64,000 nt of DNA from IMG/VR virus record IMGVR_UViG_3300025723_000026, positions 12,301 through 76,300 of that record; one strand, given 5' to 3'. Shown piece by piece: positions 1-9,037 of the stretch (position 1 is the first letter of the stretch; every line of letters begins with the position of its first letter). The stretch is from a virus. Its lineage: Duplodnaviria > Caudoviricetes. Both the position numbers and the translations under genes were made by a program. A model generated the notes under the pieces. That model was given only the letters and a program-made list of their open reading frames with translations, was not told the DNA's origin and ran no database searches.

Positions 1-315
1 TTCTATTCGTTTGAAAATATACTCCTTATGATCAGCATGATAATCACCACGAACCAGTTCCTGAATGGTAAGCAATGCATTTTCAATATTATCTTCACCT
101 CCACGTTCGTAAGAAGATTTAACAAGAGTATCAGGTTCATAGCTCATGTAATATAACATCTTAGCCTTAATATTAATTTTCTTGAGCAACCTATTATTAT
201 GAAGATTGAATTTACCAAGAATAGGATGGATAGAAGCCTTTACAACAAAAGGTGTGAGATTATTATAAATAATTTTGGCTACTTTAGCTTCAATGGATGG
301 TGACGTTGTATTCAT
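1..315 (-). CDS. Hypothetical protein, truncated at window edge
   Basis: ATG at 315 overlaps the upstream stop; frame open to base 1 (MNTTSPSIEAK...YERGGEDNIEN...). Confidence 0.6.
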   Translation of the reverse strand, partial: MNTTSPSIEAKVAKIIYNNLTPFVVKASIHPILGKFNLHNNRLLKKINIKAKMLYYMSYEPDTLVKSSYERGGEDNIENALLTIQELVRGDYHADHKEYIFKRIE

Positions 316-752
316 TACGACTTAATACTAGGCGAATTTGCACCTGATTGCAACTGAATAATTTCGATCCCATAAAATTTAAATATATCCAAAGCACGCA
401 TATCCTTAGTGTAATTATCTCGATAGACAACTTTCTTTATTCCATGGGAAATAATTTGTCGTGCACAACATGAACATGGTAACAACGTACATGCAATCAA
501 TCGACCTTCCCCGCGCTTAAACAAGGAGAGTAAGTTTGTTTCAGCATGTAAGATATACGGGCGCCTTCCATCCCGATCAGCCCAAAAGTAATCTGACATT
601 GTTGTACCAGGCGCTAGACCATTATACGCTACCCCAAGTACTCTATTATCATAATCTAAAGCACATGCCCCTACTTGAACGTAGGGGTCCTCACTTCTCA
701 TAGCAGCTGTCTCAGCTAAAGCTAAAGCATATTGTTCCCAAGAAGGTCTCAT
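315..752 (-). CDS. dCMP (deoxycytidylate) deaminase
   Basis: RSEDPYVQVGAC, GYNG-like AYNG, HAE and PCxxC zinc-binding motifs. Confidence 0.92.
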   Translation of the reverse strand: MRPSWEQYALALAETAAMRSEDPYVQVGACALDYDNRVLGVAYNGLAPGTTMSDYFWADRDGRRPYILHAETNLLSLFKRGEGRLIACTLLPCSCCARQIISHGIKKVVYRDNYTKDMRALDIFKFYGIEIIQLQSGANSPSIKS

Positions 753-754
753 AA

Positions 755-991
755 TTAAAAATCTAAATGCAAAACGGAATACGTTTTGATAAGCTTAGAA
801 ATAGGATCCTGTATAGTGTACCCGGTCAAAAGTAGTGAATGATCCTTTTTGATATCAAGATTATACTTCTGCTTCATATCAATATTTATAATGTCTAATT
901 TATCGTTAGTAACGTAGGAGATGGTGTTAGTGGTACCGGCAAATATACTGCAAATAGATAAACTTAATGCAGCAATAAACGCTTTATTCAT
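755..991 (-). CDS. Hypothetical protein with signal-peptide-like N-terminus
   Basis: Likely start MNKAFIAALSLSICSIFAG; tightly packed with neighbours. Confidence 0.55.
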   Translation of the reverse strand: MNKAFIAALSLSICSIFAGTTNTISYVTNDKLDIINIDMKQKYNLDIKKDHSLLLTGYTIQDPISKLIKTYSVLHLDF

Positions 992-1147
992 GTTACCGTT
1001 TATAATAGGCTTTCTTTTTCTTAAATGCAAATTGATAAGGCCGACTATCAGGATCGTAAACCTTACACTCCTTACGTCTTTGCTGATACCAAATATATTC
1101 TTCTTTTGTGAGAACTACCTTTTCTATTTTCTCTTCTCTGTACATGC

Positions 1148-1516
1148 TTACAACCGAATGCTCTCTGGTTTTGTAGAGCGGATATAGACCTCTCCGTAAA
1201 CCTCTAAGATACCCATCGCAGCTTGAAATTCACGTTGCGACATTTTATCCCAATCTTTGAGCTTTTTATACGTCTCATCAGCCATCATCTTATAGTGATT
1301 ATCTCTGTTTTCCTTCTTAGCATGTTTAATAGCATCTTTATATGGTTTCATTTTAGCCTTATAATGAATAGCTGTGAGAAGACTGTAGCCACCTTTCTTT
1401 CTGGTCATCGCTTCAATTTTAACGGCTCCAGCTAAGCGCTTGTGAAGAAATTCTAAAAATGATTCTGTTGTATTTAATGCAGATTTAACTGCCTCCATTA
1501 ATGCCTCTAATCTCAT
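1148..1516 (-). CDS. Hypothetical protein
   Basis: 122-aa ORF co-oriented and tightly spaced in the operon. Confidence 0.65.
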   Translation of the reverse strand: MRLEALMEAVKSALNTTESFLEFLHKRLAGAVKIEAMTRKKGGYSLLTAIHYKAKMKPYKDAIKHAKKENRDNHYKMMADETYKKLKDWDKMSQREFQAAMGILEVYGEVYIRSTKPESIRL

Positions 1517-1524
1517 AGAATTAT

Positions 1525-2226
1525 TTATTCGAATTTATTTTTTAAATTAAAATATACAGATTTGCAAAGACTAAAGAATTCTCTATCTGATAAGTCCATC
1601 TTTGCCTGATTATACTGTTTTAACACCAATTGGATATTATCTTTGTGATAACCTAACTTGGAATCTATCCTATCGACCGATACTGTGCTTATCTTCGCAT
1701 CGGCACATAAAAACAACGGCTGCCCTGATAAAGCACATTTTTTATCTTGTGCATTGTATAACGTACAAATATCGTCTGGCGTAATGCTTACTTCAAGATC
1801 TCTGAGCTTAGCATTATTAATAATGTTTGTCCAAAGTCTCGCAGGTACATATTGATGTATTAATTTTGGTTGATTTTTGCGTATACCTAGTTGACGAACT
1901 CGAAGATGTATAAACTGAACAGGCTTATTGAGAGCATCGGCGCAAATTTGCGCACCATGTTTTGAATAATGATCTTTTATAAATTCATCATCTGAAACTA
2001 CATGTTGTATTCTCCATTTTTCGATGCGTTTAAGGTGGCCGCATTGTCGGCATCCCTTGCCTTTAAGGTGCCTGTAAGCATTTTGTTTAAACTGACCATG
2101 CTTGCTACATATAGCTATAATATCTTTTGTATGACCGCTGTACTTGCATAGGGAATAATCGTATAGATTACCGTGAACCGTTATAGCGTCCTTTATGAAC
2201 TGATCAGTATCATACCCTACTTTCAT
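1525..2226 (-). CDS. Free-standing homing endonuclease (Zn-ribbon N-terminus, HNH-like C-terminus)
   Basis: N-terminal HGNLYDYS..C.KHG.F.Q....HL.G.GC..C module; C-terminal CALSG...SVDRIDSKLGYHKDNIQLV...N.AK. Confidence 0.8.
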   Translation of the reverse strand: MKVGYDTDQFIKDAITVHGNLYDYSLCKYSGHTKDIIAICSKHGQFKQNAYRHLKGKGCRQCGHLKRIEKWRIQHVVSDDEFIKDHYSKHGAQICADALNKPVQFIHLRVRQLGIRKNQPKLIHQYVPARLWTNIINNAKLRDLEVSITPDDICTLYNAQDKKCALSGQPLFLCADAKISTVSVDRIDSKLGYHKDNIQLVLKQYNQAKMDLSDREFFSLCKSVYFNLKNKFE

Positions 2227-2233
2227 AAATCAG

Positions 2234-3886
2234 CTACGCCTCGCAAGAGGTGCATGCAAGAATAGAGCGCGCAAGCAACTGACTAGGATTTGCACTACGC
2301 TGATAATATAGGCTCTTTATACCTTGCTCCCACGCAAAGATAATAAGCTCATTGACATCTTTTGGTTTTGTTTCGGGTGGAATCATTAAGTTTAATGATT
2401 GACCTTGATCGATATATTTCTGCCGTGCTGCAGCTTGTATGACAATTTCTTTTTGCGAAATTTCACCAAATGTTTTAAATACATCCTTTTCTTCCTGCGT
2501 TAAAAAGTCTAAATGTTGAACCGATCCTCCATGTTTAAGAATTGATAACCAAGTATCGTCGTCGTGTTTATTTTTTTCTTTAAGAAGCTTTTTAAGGTAA
2601 GGGTTTCTATATGTAAACTTACCCTTTGCAAGATCTTTTGTATAGTACGTCGAATCGAGAGGTTCAATAGAAGGTGAGACTTGACCAAGAATAAATGATG
2701 AGGATGTAGTCGGTGCAACAGCTAGTGTCGTCGTATTTCTACGCTTATAACCTTTAAGAAGAGGTGGTTCGCCTAATAAAACCGCAAGCTGTTCAGTGGC
2801 ATGGTCCGCTTTCTCTCTAATATGCTTCCAAATTTGACCATTAAGCATTTTAGCAGTCATGGTTTCAAATCCAATCATTTTCGATTGAAGAAGCGAATGC
2901 CATCCAAGTACTCCGACACCAAGTGCTCGATGATTAACAGCGAAATTACGAGCATGTTCCATAAATTTAACACCTTCTGTTTTGATAATAAATTCTGTCA
3001 TTACAGCATCTAGGAAATAAACCAGAGTTTCAACAGCATCAGTATCTTTCCATTCATCCCAATGTAATAAATTTAAAGACGATAAATCGCAAACAAACGA
3101 TTCATCTTTTGATGAAGGTAGAAAAATTTCGCTACAAAGATTACTTGCATTAATCCTCATGTTCTTATCTTTATAGATCTGTGGTTTATTATTGTTAGCA
3201 TTATCAGTGAAAAATATATATGGATATCCAGTTTCAAAACGCTTTTGAATAATCCTACCCCAAAGCTTTCTCTTATCCTTATCACCGTCAATCATAGATT
3301 TCATCCAATCATCTGATACACACACGCCAATTGAAAGATTTTGAATTTCATCACCTTCGCCGCGAATTTTAAGAAATTCTTCAATATCTCCATGATCCAC
3401 TGGGAGATAGGCTGCAAATGATCCGCGGCGCACGTTACCTTGTGAAATGTAGTTTGTCAATGATTCAAAAACAGTTAATTGATGATGCACGCCTGTTGCC
3501 TCGCCTCCTGTAGAAATGCTAGCGCCCCGCGGCCGCACGTCACCAAAATAACCTGAAGTACCGCCTCCTACCTTCGACATGACCCCTACTTCAGCCATCT
3601 TATAGAGAATAGAATCCATATCATCTTCTATATGCGAATTAAAACATGATATCGGCATTCCACGCTTACGTCCGAAATTTGACCAAATCGGTGAACTTAA
3701 GCTGAACCATCCTCTCGAGACGTAGTCTTCAAACTTATCAGCAAACCCTTTAACACCTAGATACTTCTCAGCAATTTTAGCGATATCACTAATACGCTGT
3801 TCGGCAGTCTCACCTTCTAAAAGATAGCCTCGCTCAAGAAACTTACGCGAATCTTTGTTAAGCCAATAATATTTTTCTGTTACCAT
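2234..3886 (-). CDS. nrdA: Class I ribonucleotide reductase alpha subunit, short form without ATP-cone
   Basis: PISCF, ASNLCSEI, AVAPTTSSS, DQGQSLNL, KSLYY and C-terminal CxxC. Confidence 0.97.
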   Translation of the reverse strand: MVTEKYYWLNKDSRKFLERGYLLEGETAEQRISDIAKIAEKYLGVKGFADKFEDYVSRGWFSLSSPIWSNFGRKRGMPISCFNSHIEDDMDSILYKMAEVGVMSKVGGGTSGYFGDVRPRGASISTGGEATGVHHQLTVFESLTNYISQGNVRRGSFAAYLPVDHGDIEEFLKIRGEGDEIQNLSIGVCVSDDWMKSMIDGDKDKRKLWGRIIQKRFETGYPYIFFTDNANNNKPQIYKDKNMRINASNLCSEIFLPSSKDESFVCDLSSLNLLHWDEWKDTDAVETLVYFLDAVMTEFIIKTEGVKFMEHARNFAVNHRALGVGVLGWHSLLQSKMIGFETMTAKMLNGQIWKHIREKADHATEQLAVLLGEPPLLKGYKRRNTTTLAVAPTTSSSFILGQVSPSIEPLDSTYYTKDLAKGKFTYRNPYLKKLLKEKNKHDDDTWLSILKHGGSVQHLDFLTQEEKDVFKTFGEISQKEIVIQAAARQKYIDQGQSLNLMIPPETKPKDVNELIIFAWEQGIKSLYYQRSANPSQLLARSILACTSCEA

Positions 3887-3922
3887 AATTTTATTATAAT
3901 TTATAAATTTGCAATTTCTAGC

Positions 3923-4894
3923 TTAGAATAAATCGTCTTCAGAAAAACTTTGCGACTTCTTTGAATAATTTACTGGTCTGGAATGAAAAAAATCTGTTAA
4001 GTTGTTGCCATGTAACTCCTCGTTGAACCAGTTCGAAGCTTTTAACAGCTCTTTATCAACTTCAAATGGTCTATGAAAGCCAATACCCTCTAACGACTCA
4101 TTAATCCTGTTCTTAATAAACTCCTTAAGAAGAGGGGCATTTAGATTTTCTTCATTAATATCGTTTAACATCCAATCAACAATTTTTGCTTCAGCTTTAA
4201 ATGCTTCGTGAGCTTCATGAAGAATCTTATCTTCAAGCTCTTTATCGAAGAGCTCAGGATACTCTTCTCTGATTGTATTGATAATCTTCGTACCAACAAG
4301 ACCATGAATGTTCTCCTCATTGCGTGTATACTTTACTTGTTGATCGGTATCCTTGAGAACGTTCTTAAAACGTGCAAACCAATTGATAACGTAGAACTGA
4401 CTGAAGAGTGATACGTTCTCAATAAGAAGAGTAAAGAGAGCAATAGCATAGAGATACTGCTTCTTAGAATCCTTAAAACAACGCTTTGTATATTTCTTAA
4501 GATACTTTACTCGGCCTTGAATCCAAGGAAGTTCTAAGTTCTTTTCAAAGATATCCTCTAAACCAAGCACGGAAAGAAGACGCTCGTAAGCATTGTTATG
4601 AATAACTTCTGTATTAGCCATAACATATCCAAGATCATAGATAGAGGGATGTGGGAGATTATCACCTAAACGTGCCCAGAATGTCTTAACTGATACTTCA
4701 ATCTGACCAATAGCTGAAAGAACTCTAATTACAGCCTCTCTCTCCTGATCGGTTAAATTAACTTTAAATTGTTGAATATCGGACTTAAAGCTGAATTCCT
4801 TATCTGTCCAGAAGCCATTGTGCATTGCCTCCACGAATTCTTCTGTCCATTTATAGTTGTTTGGTTTGCGGCTAATTTGTTCGTCAAAGATCAT
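3923..4894 (-). CDS. nrdB: Class I ribonucleotide reductase beta subunit (class Id-like)
   Basis: Ferritin-like ligands QIEV, EVIH..AY, IENVSLF, EENIH; C-terminal TDFF...PVNY. Confidence 0.97.
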   Translation of the reverse strand: MIFDEQISRKPNNYKWTEEFVEAMHNGFWTDKEFSFKSDIQQFKVNLTDQEREAVIRVLSAIGQIEVSVKTFWARLGDNLPHPSIYDLGYVMANTEVIHNNAYERLLSVLGLEDIFEKNLELPWIQGRVKYLKKYTKRCFKDSKKQYLYAIALFTLLIENVSLFSQFYVINWFARFKNVLKDTDQQVKYTRNEENIHGLVGTKIINTIREEYPELFDKELEDKILHEAHEAFKAEAKIVDWMLNDINEENLNAPLLKEFIKNRINESLEGIGFHRPFEVDKELLKASNWFNEELHGNNLTDFFHSRPVNYSKKSQSFSEDDLF

Positions 4895-5050
4895 AGTGCT
4901 TAATAGTCGAGTTTATTTATTAGGTTCTCACAGGCCATCTCTTATGTACGATGAAACTTTAGTGTAAAAATCTATACATATATTAGCCTAAATAACGGCT
5001 AAAGCAATTAGTTTTTTACAAATTTATAAAATAACTTAACTCGTTATAAA

Positions 5051-5287
5051 TTAAATGCTTACAACCATTCCTGCATCAGAATTCCAAGCTTGAGAATTAT
5101 ACTTTGAGGTATAGCGCTGAACTTTCTTTTTTGGTTTATAATCTACAATACGATAAGGATTTTCAGTTGTATAATGCCACGAATAATCCCTGAGATGCTT
5201 AGTAACTTCTGACATTGTCTTGTATGGTGAGCATAAAGAAGCACCCCATGCCTTTCCCGTCCAGCGTTCAATGACGTATTGATGCAT
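5051..5287 (-). CDS. Hypothetical protein
   Basis: 78-aa ORF, start overlaps upstream stop. Confidence 0.6.
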   Translation of the reverse strand: MHQYVIERWTGKAWGASLCSPYKTMSEVTKHLRDYSWHYTTENPYRIVDYKPKKKVQRYTSKYNSQAWNSDAGMVVSI

Positions 5288-5487
5288 TAGTCTTTCTTTT
5301 TTGTGCTAATAAAACGGCCTGGCCGTGAAAAGGAATAATACAACATGGCAGAAGCAAACCAAGTTTCAATAGTATATGGAATATGAAAGTTAAACAACGT
5401 ATTAATTGCGGCAATTAAAGCAATTGGACAAATAATAAACAAAAAGATAGCAAATACAATAAGACTAATACCGGAGATAAGTTTCAT
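5287..5487 (-). CDS. Small membrane protein
   Basis: Two hydrophobic segments; GGAG RBS and upstream promoter-like sequence. Confidence 0.6.
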   Translation of the reverse strand: MKLISGISLIVFAIFLFIICPIALIAAINTLFNFHIPYTIETWFASAMLYYSFSRPGRFISTKKKD

Positions 5488-5542
5488 ACTCCTATAATAA
5501 TTTAATAATTAAATAAGGCAAGCAAGCATTTGTCTATTTAAG

Positions 5543-5616
5543 TGCGCCAGGAGAGACTTGAACTCTCGACTCCAAGCTTAAAAGGCTCGTACTCTGACCA
5601 ACTGAGTTACTGGCGC
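5543..5616 (-). tRNA. tRNA-Lys(TTT), CCA not encoded
   Basis: Acceptor GCGCCAG/CTGGCGC; arm CGAGC-CTTTTAA-GCTTG; GTTCAAG T-loop. Confidence 0.93.
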
Positions 5617-5617
5617 G

Positions 5618-6196
5618 TTAAACATTAAAAGACTGACATTCTTTTAATGTTTTTAAAATTGTAAGATTGTTGAGTTGCTTCGTTATAATATCAATTTTAG
5701 CTCGTTGTACATTATATGCAATAGGATTCTTCGGATCGAGGTATAAATTATATTCTGTTAAAAAGAAATCGGGAAAATAATTATGCGTAGTACCATTAAG
5801 ATCTGTCCACGGTATTGGTTGCGTTGGCCGTATCCACGCGATATTAAGTTCATCCAGTCTTTTTGCTAGCGCTTCTTCCCAAGATGAGTCGAGTAGCACT
5901 TCTGTACCGTCTTTGCATTTATATGTACGAGTGGATCTTACTAGTCGACGGTGTGTAGACTTAAGAGCTATAGCTCTTAATTTGTCCTTCGTTTCTTGTG
6001 TTTGTATACGGCCTTTAGTATTGTATTTTGCATTCTCATATTTTCCCTCAGCGTGTGCTTTTCTAACTCTCTCACTAGCACCTATTTTAATACTCTCGCT
6101 GTGCAATTTTTTATTTAAGTCAATATTTGGATTTTCTGAGCACCATCTCATGTGAATACTATTCAATACCTCTTTATCACAATACTTACATTTCAT
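5618..6196 (-). CDS. Putative homing endonuclease (NUMOD3-like motif plus PD-(D/E)XK/TnsA-like domain)
   Basis: QTQETKDKLR NUMOD3-like motif; SSWE..LA..LD, YFPDFFL..YNLYLDPK. Confidence 0.72.
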   Translation of the reverse strand: MKCKYCDKEVLNSIHMRWCSENPNIDLNKKLHSESIKIGASERVRKAHAEGKYENAKYNTKGRIQTQETKDKLRAIALKSTHRRLVRSTRTYKCKDGTEVLLDSSWEEALAKRLDELNIAWIRPTQPIPWTDLNGTTHNYFPDFFLTEYNLYLDPKNPIAYNVQRAKIDIITKQLNNLTILKTLKECQSFNV

Positions 6197-6248
6197 ATAA
6201 GTATTTATTAATGAAGGCGAGTATAATACGATTATTGTTTAAATAAAA

Positions 6249-6325
6249 TGGTACAACCGGAGGGACTTGAACCCCCATAAGCCGAGGTAGAAGCTCGGTA
6301 CTTTATCCAGTTAAGTTACGGTTGC
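6249..6325 (-). tRNA. tRNA-Arg(TCT)
   Basis: Arm CCGAG-CTTCTAC-CTCGG; CCA end. Confidence 0.92.
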
Positions 6326-6403
6326 ATAAATTTATAAAAAAGGCGGGTGTGATACGTCCCCGTTATTCAAACGAATATATTAGCTTAAGAAAAATTTTAC
6401 AAG

Positions 6404-6994
6404 CTAATTTTTAAATTCTTTTAAAAAGATCTCCCAATCAGTAATATTATGCTTATTACGAATATAGAAGGTTGATGGAAGCTCTCTCGGAATTATAGGC
6501 TGCCGTACAAGCTTTAGTCCAGCCTCTTCAGGTGTACGTGATCCTTTCTTTGAATTGACTTCCTTGTGACAGAGAACGCAATTCGTCCAATCAGTCTTAC
6601 CACCTCGGGTACGAGGAATGACATGATCGATATTGGCTTCAGATTTTGAAAGCTTCTTATTAGTATATTGACAGGTGCCGTTATCTCGAGTCCAGATATT
6701 ACTATGGGTAAACTTCGGACGTTTCATTGGTACCTTATCATACTCACAGAGAACAATAACAGTAGGAATCTTAATGCTACCACGAGTTGTTTTAATATAC
6801 GAGGCCTTTTCATCAAAAGGCAAATTAACCCAATCCGACCATTTGAGTGGTACCATCATATCATATCCTCGAATATCTAAAGCTGTTGCTGTATTCTGAT
6901 ACATCATGACAAAAGCATCAGCTGGAGATTTTGTATGAATGGCTTGCCAGTTTCTATTAAGAACTAGCACTGTCTCCTGTTTAAGGTACGACAT
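6404..6994 (-). CDS. HNH endonuclease (McrA-like)
   Basis: VLVLN.NWQAI N-terminus; RDNGTCQY..NIDHVIPRTRGGKTDWTNCV..H..N; start set at MSYLKQ because the longer ORF overlaps tRNA-Val. Confidence 0.9.
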   Translation of the reverse strand: MSYLKQETVLVLNRNWQAIHTKSPADAFVMMYQNTATALDIRGYDMMVPLKWSDWVNLPFDEKASYIKTTRGSIKIPTVIVLCEYDKVPMKRPKFTHSNIWTRDNGTCQYTNKKLSKSEANIDHVIPRTRGGKTDWTNCVLCHKEVNSKKGSRTPEEAGLKLVRQPIIPRELPSTFYIRNKHNITDWEIFLKEFKN

Positions 6995-7025
6995 ATATGT
7001 ATATTTAATTAATTGTAAAGAAAGA

Positions 7026-7101
7026 TGGTACACCAGAAGGGATTCGAACCCCTGACATTCTGCGTGTAAGGCAGACGCTACTACCACTGAGCTACTGGTG
7101 C
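7026..7101 (-). tRNA. tRNA-Val(TAC)
   Basis: Arm TCTGC-CTTACAC-GCAGA; CCA end. Confidence 0.95.
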
Positions 7102-7172
7102 GTTATTATTTTTTTAATATATCAACAAAATGCATGATATGCAAGAAAAATAGAGTAAGATTAAATAATCAT

Positions 7173-7628
7173 ATGCCAATTAGATTAAAAGATTCTAGTA
7201 CGTGGCTGGCTGATGTAATAACTTCGTTCATTGGATCGTGGACATTTATTATTGTACAATCCATTATACTAACAATTTGGATTTTAATCAATGTTCTTAA
7301 TTTGACTCATTTTGATCCTTATCCATTTATTCTTATGAATCTTTTCCTGTCTTTTCAGGCAGCCTACGCTACCCCGCTCATCCTTATGTCTTCCAACAGA
7401 CAAGCCGAGCGCGATAGATTACACATGCAACAAGAGCATGAAATTACAGAAGAAGATCACATTATAATAAAAGATCTTAAAAAGATTTTAGATGACCTAC
7501 AGGAAGATGTTCTCTTAAGTAGACTATCACTTGAACAGCATAAGAGACTAGAGGCCGAACACGAAGAATTAAAAACGGGTATAACCGAAATAAAAGAATT
7601 ACTTCTCAATAAGAAGAGAAAAATTTAA
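7173..7628 (+). CDS. DUF1003-like membrane protein
   Basis: FIGSW.FI...W...N...FDPYPFILMNLFLSFQAAY..PLILMS.NRQ..RDR signature; TAAATA just upstream of the ATG. Confidence 0.85.
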   Translation: MPIRLKDSSTWLADVITSFIGSWTFIIVQSIILTIWILINVLNLTHFDPYPFILMNLFLSFQAAYATPLILMSSNRQAERDRLHMQQEHEITEEDHIIIKDLKKILDDLQEDVLLSRLSLEQHKRLEAEHEELKTGITEIKELLLNKKRKI

Positions 7629-7643
7629 AAATGTCTAGTTGAT

Positions 7644-7717
7644 TGGAGCGGGTAGAGAGAATTGAACTCTCGCATCAAGTTTGGTAAACTCGCAGGCTAC
7701 CATTACATCATACCCGC
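7644..7717 (-). tRNA. tRNA-Gly(ACC), rare A34 anticodon
   Basis: Gly-type body GCGGGTA/TACCCGC, U73, CCA; arm CGAGT-TTACCAA-ACTTG. Confidence 0.9.
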
Positions 7718-7720
7718 ATT

Positions 7721-7805
7721 TGGTACTCATGGTCGGGGTCGAACCGACACTCCTTACGGAACAGGATCCTAAATCCTGCGCGGCTGCCAGTTACGCCACA
7801 TGAGC
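7721..7805 (-). tRNA. tRNA-Leu(TAG)
   Basis: Arm CAGGA-TTTAGGA-TCCTG; long variable arm; CCA. Confidence 0.95.
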
Positions 7806-7813
7806 ATTAAAAT

Positions 7814-7889
7814 TGGCTGCCAAGGTAGGGATCGAACCTACGACCTAGAAGTTAACAGCTTCCCGCTACTACCGCTGAGCTACTTGGCA
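7814..7889 (-). tRNA. tRNA-Asn(GTT)
   Basis: Loop CTGTTAA; acceptor TGCCAAG/CTTGGCA; G73, CCA. Confidence 0.94.
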
Positions 7890-7900
7890 TTTAAAATTTA

Positions 7901-7975
7901 TGGTCGGGCACCTCGGTGCTGCCCCGAGTATTTCCTGGTCCCAAACCAGGCGGATTGCTGTCTTCCTCGTGCCCG
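7901..7975 (-). tRNA. tRNA-Pro(TGG) with atypical T-loop (GGCAGCA)
   Basis: Acceptor CGGGCAC/GTGCCCG; arm CCTGG-TTTGGGA-CCAGG; T-stem CTCGG/CCGAG; CCA. Confidence 0.85.
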
Positions 7976-8005
7976 TTAATATTATTTTATCTTTTTATTT
8001 ATAAA

Positions 8006-8081
8006 TGGCTACGGAGGAAGGGCTCGAACCTTCAACCGGCGGATCCAAATTCCGCTGCGCTACCAATTGCGCCACTCCGTA
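8006..8081 (-). tRNA. tRNA-Gln(TTG)
   Basis: Arm GCGGA-ATTTGGA-TCCGC; acceptor TACGGAG/CTCCGTA; CCA. Confidence 0.92.
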
Positions 8082-8732
8082 TTAAGTCTTATATTTACAA
8101 TTATTGAAATGAAACCGTGCCATAGTATTTTTAGCGCCTTCCTTTAAGCAATAAGGGCATTTAATTTTTTGTCGCTTAAGACCTCTATTACGCCGCCCGC
8201 CAAACGACGGTGACTCTTTGTTTCGCTGTAAAAGTGATTGGCGTATTTTTTCTTTATGCTCTTCAGTTTTATTACCTGATGCAGCTTTTCGTGCATGTTC
8301 ACGCTGCAATTCAGGGTTTTTTCTAGCAAAATTATTTGCTATCATTTTTTTTCTCGTTTCGTCACTTGCTTTGCGATTAGTGGCTTTTAAACGTAAAATA
8401 GCCTTTGTTTCATCAGTATGTCGTTTATTTTGAAACGTTAAATTATTTTTTTCTTTTGATCCGTAACCGCCACCGGGCATTAAATTGTAAGTATCAGATC
8501 GTAGACAAAAATCAGCATCAACAATTTCTGCTTCTCTATAAAGCATCTCTTCTTTGGAGTCAAAATATTCTAATATTTCTTTTGTAAAGCACGCCTTACC
8601 ATATTTGTTAATATCTCTTATAAGAGCTTTACCTGAGCCAAAATAATAATCGTTAATATCGCGGGACTGATGTACACCTATATAAAACTTATTATTAATG
8701 TTATTTGTAATTTTATACAAGTAATATATCAT
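8082..8732 (-). CDS. GIY-YIG homing endonuclease with NUMOD3 repeats (Seg-like)
   Basis: YYLYKITN.IN.KFYIG.H...D.YFGSG; HTDETKAIL and KTEEHKEKIR NUMOD3 motifs; late promoter upstream of MIYY. Confidence 0.92.
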   Translation of the reverse strand: MIYYLYKITNNINNKFYIGVHQSRDINDYYFGSGKALIRDINKYGKACFTKEILEYFDSKEEMLYREAEIVDADFCLRSDTYNLMPGGGYGSKEKNNLTFQNKRHTDETKAILRLKATNRKASDETRKKMIANNFARKNPELQREHARKAASGNKTEEHKEKIRQSLLQRNKESPSFGGRRNRGLKRQKIKCPYCLKEGAKNTMARFHFNNCKYKT

Positions 8733-8776
8733 ATAATAATATTTATGTAAAGGTAGCACATTAATCAATTAAAGAC

Positions 8777-8849
8777 TGGAGAATAGCGGGATCGAACCGC
8801 TGACATTCTGCTTGCAAAGCAGACACTCTACCAACTGAGTTAATTCCCC
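8777..8849 (-). tRNA. tRNA-Ala(TGC), CCA not encoded
   Basis: G3:U70 pair; arm TCTGC-TTTGCAA-GCAGA. Confidence 0.95.
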
Positions 8850-8856
8850 GTAAAAA

Positions 8857-8934
8857 TGGAGCGTCAGGTAGGATTTGCACCTACGGCTTTAGGGTTTTGC
8901 AGACCCTTCCTTTGGGCTTCTCAGGCACTGACGC
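8857..8934 (-). tRNA. tRNA-Cys(GCA)
   Basis: Arm AGGGT-CTGCAAA-ACCCT; U73; T-loop TGCAAAT; CCA. Confidence 0.9.
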
Positions 8935-8938
8935 ATAT

Positions 8939-9029
8939 TGGCGGATAGGGTAGGATTCGAACCCACGGTACCCTTCCGGGTACTTCTGATTTCAAGTCAG
9001 ATGCAATAGACCAACTCTGCCACCTATCC
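8939..9029 (-). tRNA. tRNA-Ser(TGA)
   Basis: Arm TCTGA-CTTGAAA-TCAGA; long variable arm; G73, CCA. Confidence 0.95.
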
Positions 9030-9037
9030 GTAAAAAT

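Noticed and set aside
2234-4894. Introns or inteins in nrdA/nrdB
   Set aside because: Both ORFs are continuous, of normal short length, with no intein motifs
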